A DNA stretch of 64,000 nt from Takakia lepidozioides. Its lineage: Eukaryota; Plantae; Bryophyta. The stretch spans positions 17,608,001 through 17,672,000 of the forward strand of contig CM060731.1 in assembly GCA_030704615.1 (NCBI GenBank), given 5' to 3'. This document shows positions 10,331-22,971 of this stretch, one piece after another. Under the pieces are notes generated by a model. The model worked only from the letters and a program-made list of their open reading frames with translations. It was not told the origin of the DNA and did no database searches. A program made the position numbers and the translations under genes. Every line of letters begins with the position of its first letter. Within the stretch, counting starts at the first letter, position 1.

Positions 10331-11853
10331 TGGCGCCCTTGACGGTTGTGGTCTCCAAGCTCTCTCAGCTTTGCTTCATAGATGTTTCTTTGCATGCAAG
10401 TGAATCCATATGTGAAGGTAAGTCCCTGTTGGCATAAGCTCATGTTTGTTTGTCGTCTTGGTATTTGGAGCCGCCAATTCGATTGGGGATATTTTACCTT
10501 CTGGCAGATAGTGGCCTGTCATACTAGGGGGAAAACTGAGCAGCAACTGCTGGACTGTACAGCACTTGAAACTGTACTTTTGACTCGGACCTATCTAGTT
10601 GGCCATTTAGTGACTTGCAGATATTATCCTTCTGTGCAATCTCGATTCCCCATTTGCTATTGCTCTGTGGTTTTGCGATTAAAAATTCAATTAGGAGAAT
10701 GGTTGCCAATTATTCCTCACACATGGTTATTCTCAGTGTTCAATGCTCCGTGATCTGGTCGGACTACTGATAATCATATTCGATCAGCAGTGTTTGTGCC
10801 ATCTATATTTCGAGTTCATTTATTTTGTTCAATATACATGTACACAGTCCTGATACACTAGCAACAATAGAATTTGTTTTTCCTCCTCGACTTGGAGTGG
10901 CGTAGCTTGCTACACTCCCCCTTTTCAGCGTTTTGAGCGTGCGTAGAGAATGAATACATATGTAATGGAATTCAACCGACATTAATTAATACCATGTGAG
11001 AGAAATCAGAATGAAGATGGCAGACTTGCACTATGCTTGAATCGAGGGGAAAAACTCCACCAAGGAGAAAAATAAAGACTCTGGACTATGCGTCGAGTGA
11101 CTGGCCAGCCGAAAAAGCCTTACCATGAGACTCAGATCGAAGAAGCAAAGTGGTTAGCCTCCCTCTATAAGTGGCATTTCCTCAGTAGCATAGGCTCTGA
11201 CGATTGGGCTTCTCAATAGGACAGGCGACATCAAACAACGATAAATAGACGAGCTCTGCTGAGCCGTGAAATTTCCGCGATTGATCTAACGACTCATAGT
11301 GCAGATCAATTGGGGGCAGTCGATGACATTGATCATCAACGGCTTAAAAAACCATTGTAATCTGATTATGTAAGCTAACGTTCTGTGGTATGCGTACAGG
11401 AATATTCTTCCGCCTGCTCTAAATTCCACATTCCCTGGCAGCAGATTATGCCACGTGACGGACATCGCTTCAATCATCCAATGTGTTTTTGTTTTTCCGC
11501 ATTTATACTAAATAATATCTATCATTAATTGGGACACCAAATAAGAGTCATGCAGACGACTACACCGCGACATTATCCATAGTCAACAACGTTTGACCAC
11601 ACTCCAAAATCTCTAGAGTCAGCTTCGTTACCCTTTAAAGGCATACGTGTGACTTATGATCACTACTCTTCTTTGGTCAAACCACTTTGACCTGAATTCC
11701 AAACTTTACGGAGTCGTTTAGTCACATACCCGACCTTTTTAAGGCATATCCATGACTTCTTCGTGCCTGTCCCACTTTGAGTCATGGTTTGAGTCATGAA
11801 AACCATGACTATCCAAAAAAAAAGAGTAAAAAAAACCATGATTTGGCGTAGTG

Positions 11854-13147
11854 GTTACACGGAGTCCATGGATTATGGGGTGGGTGCAATGGAGAAGAAG
11901 GTGTGACCATGTGTCTATTTGGGATGGTTGGACGTGGCATAGCGTACAATGTTTGTTATGGTATAATAAACGCCAGAATATGTTTCATCTTTGGTTACTC
12001 ATGTATTGGCCATATCGAAATCATAGTGTCTATCTAATTTGGGCATTGAAAACTATAAAGGATGTCCAAAAGTGGTTGGACATGTTGTGTAGTAGATGTG
12101 GGGAGGAGACCCACTTAGATATGTAGGAATTTGTGTAGGTGCGAGATGCCTGTATTAGTTCTTTGGTTTCTCCTCCAATGTACATATTTAGGTCCCGTAT
12201 GGGTGCTATGTCCGAGAATCTCGCCTTGGTGCAGACGTTCAGACCAGCCAGAATGGATATGTGTGTGCCAAGTGAATAGGCCGGTCATAGATGGGTTGGC
12301 AGGAGGTTGAATAGATCCAAGTTGAGCCATTTGGTCCATTATTTCATTGCCCACTGTGTGTATATGGGAACGAACTTTGTGTATGGGGATTTGTAGCGGC
12401 AAAGAGGAAACAATATCAACAATTGCTTTGATAAGACTAAGGTATGGTGGATGGGATTTGCGTGGAGGGTAAATTAAGGTTTTGGTTGGTGAAGCTATCC
12501 GTAGATAGGTAGTAGGTTCTTAGAGGTTGGCGCACTCAAACCAATGAGGTCATATTCATGACTCAAATACCTTTCACATTTCAAATTCATACCATACATT
12601 ATGCGCCACGTAGCCATTCAATGAGACTTGAGTCAGATACACGACCACCTAAAGTTATAAAATGGTCATTCTCATGACCAAGATGGTCATGCTTATGACC
12701 AGGATAATTTCCCACTCCTACTTGATACCATACAAAGAGCGTCACGTGTCCAGGCACGAACACATCCACAGTTAGATTTATGACTCTCTAAAAGTTGCTA
12801 GATTTCAACACGTGGTATCGCTCAACGTGAACACGTGGCCCGTTGTGGCATGCGTGCGAGATAACGTCGTCCCTACACCTGTCATCATCTGAAATTGACA
12901 CGTCGCAATCCGGGGAGAGCCGCGTGTTGCTAGAAAACAGTCACGGACGTGACGAAATCCAGGGTCATGTATCTTGCTCACAAGGGGATATCACCCATAG
13001 TCATATTTACGACGCGGATATTAGAGTCATCGTAACGACACGGTCTGCATGATTCTTTGCAAAAGAGTAAAAAATGAGTCAAAATGACCAAAAGAGTCAT
13101 GAAAATAGTAAAAAAAAGTGTCATGAAACCCGTTTTTTGTACTAGTG
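11854..13147 (+). mobile_element. Right-hand part of a second (outer) CACTA element
   Basis: Ends GTCATGAAACCCGTTTTTTGTACTAGTG at 13147 (reverse complement CACTAGTACAAAAAACGGG), with many ATGAC/GTCAT subterminal motifs at 12550-13130. Confidence 0.75.
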
Positions 13148-14268
13148 AACCCGACATAATCAAAGAGTCAAACATTTCATAAAAGTTCTACGGGCACATC
13201 CTAAGTCCAGATGATTCAACCTCATCAATGCGGGAACGTTCCAAGGAAGGTGACCAGATCGCACTATACCCTCGTGGCTCCTACCATGCACATGTCTTCT
13301 CCACCCTTCTTGCTCCCTATTACGACTCTGTCATGATATCTTACTTATCGGCGACCCCATATCAAGTCGACCTTACCAATAGGGCCACTCCCATCCCTCA
13401 GTACCGTTTATATTATAGAATTCACATTCTGTCATGATATATACCCAGACCAATCTATTACATATAAATGTGACAAATACGAAGGTCCCTCATAACGGCC
13501 CTTCGTCAGCATGGATGGAACGTGGCCCCCTTGACTATTATCACCGCAGGGGGGGGGGGGTTGCACATGATAGCCATAAATGTCCACATCCTAAAAGAAA
13601 ACCTCAAGCTACAAGTTTAAACACACCACCTCTTTTCTACGCACCATACATTTTACAACTATCACATCACTCACTGCTCTAATCTTGAACAAACGCAAGA
13701 TTGAAAGTCGCCAGCTGACCACTGTGTGATTGGTCCCGTTGCTGATAGAGCCCACTCCTGAAATTAAGGGGGCAGTACCCACAAGGGAAGAGGCTCTTAT
13801 TTATGCTAGCTCCGGCTAGCATATATATATGTATATATACACATCGCAATGTTTAAGGGGATAGCATGTTTTCATTTCACTATGGATCTTTTTGGAATTT
13901 TCATGGAATTTTGTGAAATGTTCGTTTGTGATTATGTGAGACTGCTTGGAGTGATGTAAGTAATCATGCGCTACCCGCTACTCAACCTCAGTAGAAGGAC
14001 ACATACAATTAAAAAAAACCCTCACATGGACATAAAAATAAAGTGGGCATGGGATCGGGTTGTAGCTTAAAGTTAGTTCTATAGCACTTAAGGAGTGGAT
14101 TATGTATAGGGGAATGCGTGAGTGGAGGGCGTTCCTGGATTTGAGGGCCTCAATCCAGGCGGCAGCCCCAGGCTAAGGGCTAGAAAATCCAGGAAGCCCC
14201 GACAAGAGGGGCCTTCCCCCTACATAAAGAAACTCAATTTTTTTGCTATATACCTTATGTCACTTTAA

Positions 14269-14790
14269 CCCCTAAACGACCACGCAATTCTCAGTGTAGT
14301 CAAACTTTGATCTCTAGCTCTTGAATTTGAGAATTTTTTTTAAGAAATATTTTTCATAGATGAACCTATATGTTTACTATAAATCTTGAATTTTCAGAAT
14401 CGTCTCATTAAAAGTGAAATATTATGATTTTCTTAAGCTTAATGTCTTCAAAAACTCATATCAATTACAATAAGTATCCATAATTTATGAAATTTTACCT
14501 CGGGTGTAAATCACAATGGAAAACACTTTAGTATATTTTATAAAAAAAAATTTCTTAAGTTGAAAAATTCGATAGAAAAACTATGCTGAAGAACAAATTG
14601 GCTCTTGACCCATTGAATTGGTAATTGTTATAAAAGACTCAATAATTGGAATTTTTGATGACTCGTAAAGTGGAATAGAGACTAGACATTATCTTTACTT
14701 CGTTATTTCAACTCAAATGCAAAAAATATTGTTTTCAAACTAAGTTTGACCAGAAAGAAGCCACTATAGGGCCTCTTCGGCGTTTAGGGG
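14269..14790. mobile_element. AT-rich non-autonomous TIR element (MITE-like)
   Basis: Left end TTAA|CCCCTAAACGAC and right end GGCGTTTAGGGG|TATG are inverted repeats around an AT-rich non-coding interior. Confidence 0.55.
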
Positions 14791-15922
14791 TATGCAGGTT
14801 GTAAAGCTAAAGAAAAAAACCACAGTGCATTCCATGGCGCGTAATGCACCATGGACTGCCCTGGTTGTCATAGCCGTGCTATTCTGCCTAATAATTGCCA
14901 TCAAAATACACTATGCAAATTTATTAGACTTGTAAAAGAAGCTACTTGTGCGGAGTATCATCTTGTAGATAGCATCCAAGAGGAGGGCACATATATCACT
15001 ATATCGGATGCATCACAGCTGAGCCGTTGGGTGGGTGGGGTACTTACATCCCTAGGAAGCTACATCCAACATTCCTCTTCCTCATGGACAAGAACATACT
15101 TTACAACCAGATTTGTCTACTTCACATCCACATGAAGAAAACCATCCCACAGCCAATGGAAACACGCCACGTCACCCAAAGAGCCTCTCATACCGACTAT
15201 GATTGACCTCTGGACGTTGACTGTGGCTGACTGAATCGTCTAAGTTACTGGACTCCAAGGACTGTTGCCCTGCTCTTGCCGCCCCCCTCCAGTATATCCC
15301 AGTGTGGTCTCCATGGAAGATGGTTGTGATTCATCCAAGGGCCTCCAAGGTGGAATGTGACGCCTGGCTTGTAGGCCTGCCCCCACTAAAGTTAGTGCGT
15401 GTAACTCGTGTGATGTGCACGTCTGTGGAGTGTGGAGGAAGGGACCAGTGTGGCGCAAGTGGGAACTGACAAACAGTTGAGGTTGAATGTCGAATTTAAG
15501 CTGGACCCAACTTAGGCCTTCTGATGGCAATATTGACAAGGGCATGATCCGAGACATACTTTAGCACAGATTACGTACACTTCGCGGTGACCGCAATGGG
15601 GCCGCACCGGTCGCCTAACACACGTGTGTCGTCAGAGAAGAATAAGACATAACGTCTCTGACATCACATGTATCGTCCTCGTCTCTGTCTGCCACCTTGC
15701 AGGCGCTGCGGGCAATACCGTTTGCAAGTCTGCCGGCGGCAGATTGAGAACTGGGTGTCTCTCCTTCCCAATCTATTCAAATGCAGGCTTGCCTCTCAGT
15801 ATATAATGTGCTATCCGGGTGTTTGTCCTGCAGCTAATCTACATTGTCGTCTGCAAGTTTGCATCCTAGTGGGATTTCATAGGATGCAAACTATCTTCGT
15901 TTCATGAGCTTCAGACGCCAAA

Positions 15923-18900
15923 ATGATGGCGCAATGGCTGGGAGTAAGAGTCGTGTTAGTGGCGGCGATAGTATCGGCCTTGTGTTTGTGGAGAGGGGAT
16001 GCCAGTCCTGTGCTACTACAAGTCAATACCACTGCTTCTATTGCCACCACCGATGAAGTGTTTCTGTGTGCCACTATGGATTGGTGGCCTATTGATAAGT
16101 GTGACTATGGCACATGTAGCTGGGATAACGCCTCAATGCTCAATCTGGTAACTAGGACTGGTAACTGGGTTCTCACACAAACTCAACGTCACATATAGAT
16201 GACAGCGAAAACATTTAGCTGCAGTGTACATTGCTTTGGTAAAATCTATGTGGTAACGAGAGGTACAATGTAGTAATGTGTGGTTCATGGAACATCCTTG
16301 GAGCCCAATTGAAGCATTGGTTTGTGGCCAGAAGAAGTGTAACCTCAAGCACTTTGGCGATGTGAGTCTGATAAGAACGAAATGCTTGTGTGCGCAGGAT
16401 CTTTCGAATCAGTTACTTGAAAAAGCTCTCTTAGGTTGGTTGGGCTCTCTCTTCCGCCTTGGTTTGGTTCCTGTGATTCTCGGTTGTTCTATTTGGCCCT
16501 TCAGGCCTGCTGCTGACGTACCAAATATGTCTTCACTCTCTGACTGTGCTCGTATGCTGGAATCTCATCTGTCGGAGTATCTTTGTGGAATAGTTAGACA
16601 CTTTTGTGGCTTGTCTTGCTCATCCTGTTTGAATGAGTTAGCTTCAACCCCCTTCCTTAGCTGGTCAGCTATCTTGCACCTCAATCTCCATCTTAATTTG
16701 TTGGCAAGAATGTGATACCCCCAACAACAAAGATGGCAGGTCCTCGGCAACCTGTGACTCAGATAATCATAAAACTTCATGCTATACTATATGGTTCGGT
16801 ACACACTTTCCTAGGAGTGACTAGGGTGTTGTCTGTATACAATGTTACTACAAAGTATCACTCAAGGGCCCATATGCCTATAGTTTGTAGGTGCCATGAA
16901 AGCTTTTCCCAGTGAGTGCATACACTGTCCGCAAAGTAGAGTGGTTTCCATATCACTCCCTTTCTTTATTTGCTGGATCAATTCACCAACTGGGTGTTGA
17001 GGACCTTGCTCCATAATCAAATCTGTCAACATCCAAATCATTGACTCATAACAAGGGTTGGATTACTGTTAGCTACCCTTGGCCTGAGCTGACAGTACTG
17101 TAAATAGGAAAATCAAAATTAGAACTCCCACAACAAGGATGGCTTAAATGTGAAGCTAGGACATCATACATAGCTTCTTCTTGTAGTCCTCCAAAGTGTA
17201 TGGATTGACTGTAGGCTTAAGAGCTATGTCACCTCCCAGATTTTTTGGTGATATGTAACATCTTTGCCAATGCTGCACCATTCAGTGATGAAAATCTGGC
17301 TTTGTGCCCACCTCCACACTCCCACCCCATTCTCTCTGCTACCTGGCCTTGTTCCATCCAAACTGGGCATGGGATCTATTGCCACAAGGCTATGCAAACG
17401 TCGTCTAATGAGTATATTCTACTACCTGGCCCCCCTCCCTTCAAACAGTAATTTTTTGTCATCAACTGTCGTTCTATTTATTTCACTGCTTCCTCTTAAG
17501 AGGCTGAACCATTGTTTGTGACAGGTTTGTCTCCATTCAGAATCCGCCTCGGAGGATCACTGCAGGACGAAGTGGTTTATGAAGTGGGAAATCCTCAGCA
17601 GCCCTGTGTTCCCTTTGTGAAGAATGGATCCCATATATTTGGGTTTCAAGGAGGGTGCCTCAGTATGGGGCGATGGAGTGATCTCAACAATCTCTTCAAC
17701 CGAACAGGGTATGTATCGAATACTACTATACTACTGCTGCTTTGCATGCCTTGAGGGCTTAAGTCACATAGGCCAGCAGTTAGGACATCACCAGGTCACA
17801 TTTCTTTTACCGAAAGTGCTTTGCGACGCTGTCAAATCTTCAAAGCCTTCTATTTGGGGTACTTTGCTGCACCAAGCCCCCACAAAGGACCAAAGCTTTG
17901 GAGAAGACTTTGTCATTCATGCAGAATCTGGCGGTATTGTGAAGGAGTTAAATAGGTCAATAGAGGTTTTGCACACAGTTTACTCTAACCTATAATCTAC
18001 TGTGCTGTATAAGGCATGAGAGTGGCAGCAAGCACTATCTAGAACAGTTCACCAGACAAGTTCTAAACCACTAGGCAGGCCTGATTTCCTTGTTTACCAG
18101 TTGACTCCTTACCAAGAATGGGAAACAGAGACCTTGTAAAATAATCTGAACTTACCTGCAGCTTATTTCTAGATTCAAGCAACTTAAAGTGAATGATGCA
18201 AGTTATACAAAAGTAAAGGATTTAGGTTGGGAGAGAAACTGAGAGGACGAGAAAATGAATGAAAGAAATCTCTTAACATCCATGGGGAACCATGAGGAAG
18301 AATCAACACGTGAAAAGACAGGAAGAATATGTGATTGTTTTTCAAAGAGGAAGAAGCTGAAATGGTATGTTGTGAGGGACTGTGCAGAACTCAGATTGCA
18401 TTTGGACTGAATGCTTTGTATAACCGCCAGCGAGTAGCTCCGAATATCTGGGGTCCTTGGGATTCTGCAAATGCACATGACTTCATTAAGTTTACTGTTG
18501 ACCAGGGATACCAAGTGCAGGCCTGGGAACTGGGTGAGCAGGGGTCCCTTTCACCACTGTTCCTGGGCTTTTTCTGGATTCTCAGTGGGTTTCATCCATA
18601 ACACTTTGTTTGCCATAGCCTTGTGGCCATAGACCCCCCACCCAGTTTGGACGGAAACAAGGAATAGTACTACCTTTGTGAGGGGGTCACTCCAGTAGTG
18701 TGACCTACCTTGGTATAAACAATTAGTTCAGGCTTTCCAATGTGCTCTAGAAAGCCCTCCACACAAGCATCCATCTGCTGTCTGTGAGCAGCCCAAAAGT
18801 TAGACCCCAACAGGGCCAGGGCTGTAGGCTCAGCCTCGAGATTTTGGAAGTTGGTAAACAGAGGTGCAGTAACCATGTTCTTGATGTTCCTAAAGACAGA

Positions 18901-21900
18901 CACTCTCTGGTGAGAATACCCCCACAGGTGTGAAGTGAAAAATAGGTTTCACATAGCTTGTTTCAAATACTCTGTAAGGTGTTTCTCACATTGCTGATAG
19001 GTGGTGTGGTACACAAAGATGCCAAGGCGTTCAGGTAATCTCATGAGCTACTTGTGTGTTCCTCTCCTCTCCCTTCGACTCTGTTTTGCAGACAGGGATC
19101 AGAAGGGGTTACTGGGTTTGCACCTAGTACCATCCCTCCAAAATAAAATCTCATCAGCCTACTGAAAGTCTACCAGGTATATGGGCCTATGAATCAACTA
19201 CATGCTGAATTATTGAGGGTACAAGTCAGATAGGACAATTGTATTTGATAGCTATCCTGGCCATGCAGTCACTCACCTTACCTGTGCATGAGAGAACAGA
19301 AATAGACACGTGGCATGTAACTTATGACCTGTCTTCTTCATGGACACAGGCAAGCATGCTATGTTCATTGTAGCTGCTATAGACCAGGGGGTTTGTCTCA
19401 GAAGGTATTTGTCCAGCTGGAGGTAGTGTGTTGATGAGTTTACAAATCATTTGTGCAGGGAATGAGCTCAGTGGGTCCGGTGTCGGAACCAGCATTACAG
19501 CCAAGCAGTACGCTGCGGATGTAAAAGAGCTTCGCAGATTGATTGACACCCTCTATTTAGGAGCCAATCAAAAGCCCCTTCTAGTTTCCCCTGATGGGTT
19601 TTTCACTGTCCAGTGGTACAAAGATTTCCTCAATGCCGTGGGACCCGGTGTTGTTGATGTCATTACACGCCATATCTACAATCTTGGACCAGGTTTGAAA
19701 AGCCCTGCTGTCTTTTTACTTCATGAAATGGTTTTGTCAAGTTTTTGGCTGTTGGCATATTCCGTAGGTTGTGTAGAGCTTTATCATTTTTGGGTGTGGC
19801 TGGCTTTTAGGGCAATAAAAAAGTGACCCCTTTGACCCCTTTGTCAACTATGAAGAGAAGGTTTGTCCGTCTAGTGGGCACTCAGATATACCAGAAGTAT
19901 TGGATGATAATCACCCTGGTGACCATTTCGACGTCTAGCAAGGCCCTGAGATGGTTTTTCAAAGCACAGCCAGGCAGCTGCCTAACTACTCTACCAGGGA
20001 CAGTGAATGTCTCTCCTGCAGTGTCGGAACCTTTCTAGTGAGCTGTTGTCTGTGGGCATGATCTCAGCTCTCAATTTCGGCATCCTTGTTGGCGGGACAA
20101 TGTTTCGAGCATGCCAATTTGTGATGAGGCACCTCAAACTTTGTGATTTTCCTTTCTGTACCTCATGTATACAACTTCATTAAAAATTCCGGATGTCCAT
20201 ATGGCAATGATATGTACTGTTGCAATTTTTTGAGACAGGGGTCAGCACTGACCTGGTGGAGAAAATACTCAATCCAACAGACTTGAACAACGAAGTAAAA
20301 AACTTTCAAGCAGTTCGGAGCATGCTGCAAAAGTATGGCCCGGGGCCAGTAGCTTGGATTGGTGAAGCGGGTGGAGCTTATAACAGTGGCCATCACCTTG
20401 TAACAGATGCATTTGTCTTCAGTTTTTGGTACGGATGCTCACTTCCCTTGTCCAATAGCTCTTTCTCTGCATCTTTCTCCACCATGTTCTTGTAGGCCTA
20501 ATTGCCACCTCTAGTCAAGAGCATTTTCTGTGACACAACGCAGGGGACATCACACTGCTATCTTCACAGAAAGAACAACTATGGTCTTGTAGTCAATTTG
20601 AGTGGTTACCGCTTCAAATGTCTACGTACCTTCCGTAGCTTTACTTGTTTTCGATGGTAATGTTGTTGTATTCAGGTCTGTGGCCTATCGCATGTCAACA
20701 GATAACAGCAAAGTAAACAGTGGAAAACACTCTCTCAAAACTATTGTGTTGTGTGCCGAAGATCATGTCAAACACTAATAACACAACCTTTATGAGCAGG
20801 CTGGTTATAGAGTTCACCGGGCCTTTGTGATCTTGTCAGTCTTAGCTTCTCCAAAAATTGTCTATAGAATATCTTGTAAGGAGAGTACAAGGATAGCCTC
20901 ACTATGTCTGTTGGGTCTGATCCACAATGATGTGAGGACAGAAATTCTGCTCCTAACTATCTTTGAGGCTTGAAATGCATGTCAATGAGGCTTGAAAGTA
21001 TTGTGTCTGGAATCACACAACAGATTTATGGACATTTGGGGCAAATGAGCCTAGAAATTGTGTCAATAAAGCCAAATTGAAGGCACATCTTCATCCGCTG
21101 GGATACTAGCTATGCAGGCTCAGACTTCAGCTTTAAAGTTCCCTACTGCTGTGTGGTTTCTCAGTGCTTTGCTTTTGTAGCTGAAGACGATGTGCATTCC
21201 TCACTCACACTTTAAAGTCACTCAAAGCAAGGAGCTCAAATTGGTCACTCTCTCTCTCTGTGTTAACGTTCGAATAGTTTCTTTCTTTTTTCCCTTGAAG
21301 GAGGCAATCCTCCTTTTGGCCACATTTGAAAAGTTTTGTGTTCGGTAAGGTCCCAGTTTCTTTCTTGTATTCTGCTTTCTTTCGTCCCGTAATTTCTTTG
21401 AGCTTGAGTGAAAATTTCAAGATGTATGCAGGTACCTTGATCAACTTGGGCAGGCTGCATCCTTCAACACTAAGGCTTACTGTCGTCAAAGTTTTATTGG
21501 TGGAAACTATGGTCTCCTCAACACGACCACTTACGAACCAAACCCAGATTATTACAGGTCAGTTGACTGTCTGGCTTTGCACCTTCCCTCCACACTTCGC
21601 TAGGAAATCATTCTCATGTAAATCATTTTGCTCAAAAAATTCACTGTCTGCTGTTGCAAATTGAACAGTGTGTGGGAAGGTTAGACACCTCCAAGCTTCT
21701 AATGCATGTCTAGAGGCATTACTGACCACCTCCCACCAGCATTTCTACAATCTACTTTGCCCAGTGTTACTCAGGTCAACCAGCATTTCTAGAATAAGTA
21801 AACCTGCTAACTAGGATTTATTGGACCTCATTGGGTTTTTCTTTGTGGAGATTTTCAAATGTAGGGGATTTAGGGGTTTGGTCAGTCACATGCCTGAACC

Positions 21901-22971
21901 ATCCTAAATTTTCTTGGACCAACTCTCTCATTGTATAGCAATCAGCCAAGGGGCAGAAATCTAGTGGAGCTGGTAAGCAGGACACTCTCTTAGTTACAGA
22001 AAAAAGTGTATGCATTATTTGCAGGCAACCCTTCAGGATGAGCCACAGTTTGTTTGTTGACAATTGGCATTTGTTATACAACGAGAAGAGAGTTGTTGTC
22101 TCTTACAGCATTTGCCTGCCTGGACAGCAAATTCAAATAGATTAGTATTTACCTATTTATCAGTATTGGGGATGTGATCTTATTGTGAACTGGAGCGCAG
22201 TGCCCTTTTATGGAGCCGTTTGATGGGGAGAAAGGTGCTGTCCACAAATTTCAAAGGATCTGCTATACAATATTTGCGTGTATATACACATTGCGAGAAG
22301 CAGTCCACCACAGTAAGCAGACTTCTTTGCAGTTGCCTGTGATGTTGCAAAATGAGAAGGGATGAGGGAGAGAGGGCAAGGTGTGGGGGGGGTGGTTTGT
22401 ATTTTCTGCTGTCTTCAGAGATTGGCTCTTAATACCCTCTCCTGGAATGCACTTTGCCTGGTCTTTACAAGTTTGCTGCTTTACACACTACTATTTTTCT
22501 CTCTTTGGTAAGAGAGTAGCAGCAGTGATCGAGGGGCAGATTTTTCTGTTGACTTTAGCTCTGTCCCTTGCACTGTTTTTCTAGCAGAAGACATAAGGGA
22601 GCGGAGTATTGATATTCTGTGTGCAGGGAGGTGTTACAATCCTATTGATCAACCTAAGCAACACCACAACATACACTGTTGCTGTCTCTCTTGCTTCTCA
22701 AACACAGGTGAACTTCGCAACAGTAGGCTTGCAGAAGGCCACCACAACATCGAGGCTTGAATACCATCTGACTGCTCTAAATGGGAACCTCCAGAGCCAA
22801 ACCATGTTACTAAATGGCAATCCACTGGTGCTAACACCAGCTGGTGATTTGCCTACTTTGTCCCCTCTCCAGGTGCAAAGCTCTACCCCTATCGCGGTGG
22901 CCCCTTACTCTATTGCATTTGTAGTTGTACCCGATGCAGGCATTCTTGTGTGCCAGGGAAGTCCGATCTAG
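15923..22971 (+). CDS. Heparanase-like protein / beta-glucuronidase (glycoside hydrolase family 79), 9 exons
   Basis: Exons 15923-16147, 16398-16434, 17525-17708, 18388-18533, 19459-19692, 20239-20428, 21432-21557, 22201-22312, 22627-22971. Signal peptide; motifs CATMDWWPIDKCDYGTCSW, IRLGGSLQD, WELGNEL (acid/base Glu), AWIGEAGGAYNSG (nucleophile Glu), WYLDQLG, GGNYGLL, PNPDYYSALLW. Confidence 0.95.
18598..18925 (-). mobile_element. 5'-truncated copy of an RTE/RTEX-like LINE 3' end in a heparanase intron
   Basis: Reverse-complement match to the copies at 47403-48960, including PLFTNFQNLEAEPTALALLG and the terminal GGCCACAAGGCTATGGCAAACAAAG. Confidence 0.8.

Larger units (their letters stand above)
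1..11853 (+). mobile_element. CACTA/EnSpm element region with right terminus at 11853; left terminus not seen in the window
   Basis: Right end reads AAAACCATGATTTGGCGTAGTG (reverse complement CACTACGCCAAATCATGG), preceded by subterminal CATGACT/AGTCATG motifs, with the transposase upstream. Whether 1-8085 belongs to the same element is not proven because of the junction at 8086-8237. Confidence 0.65.
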
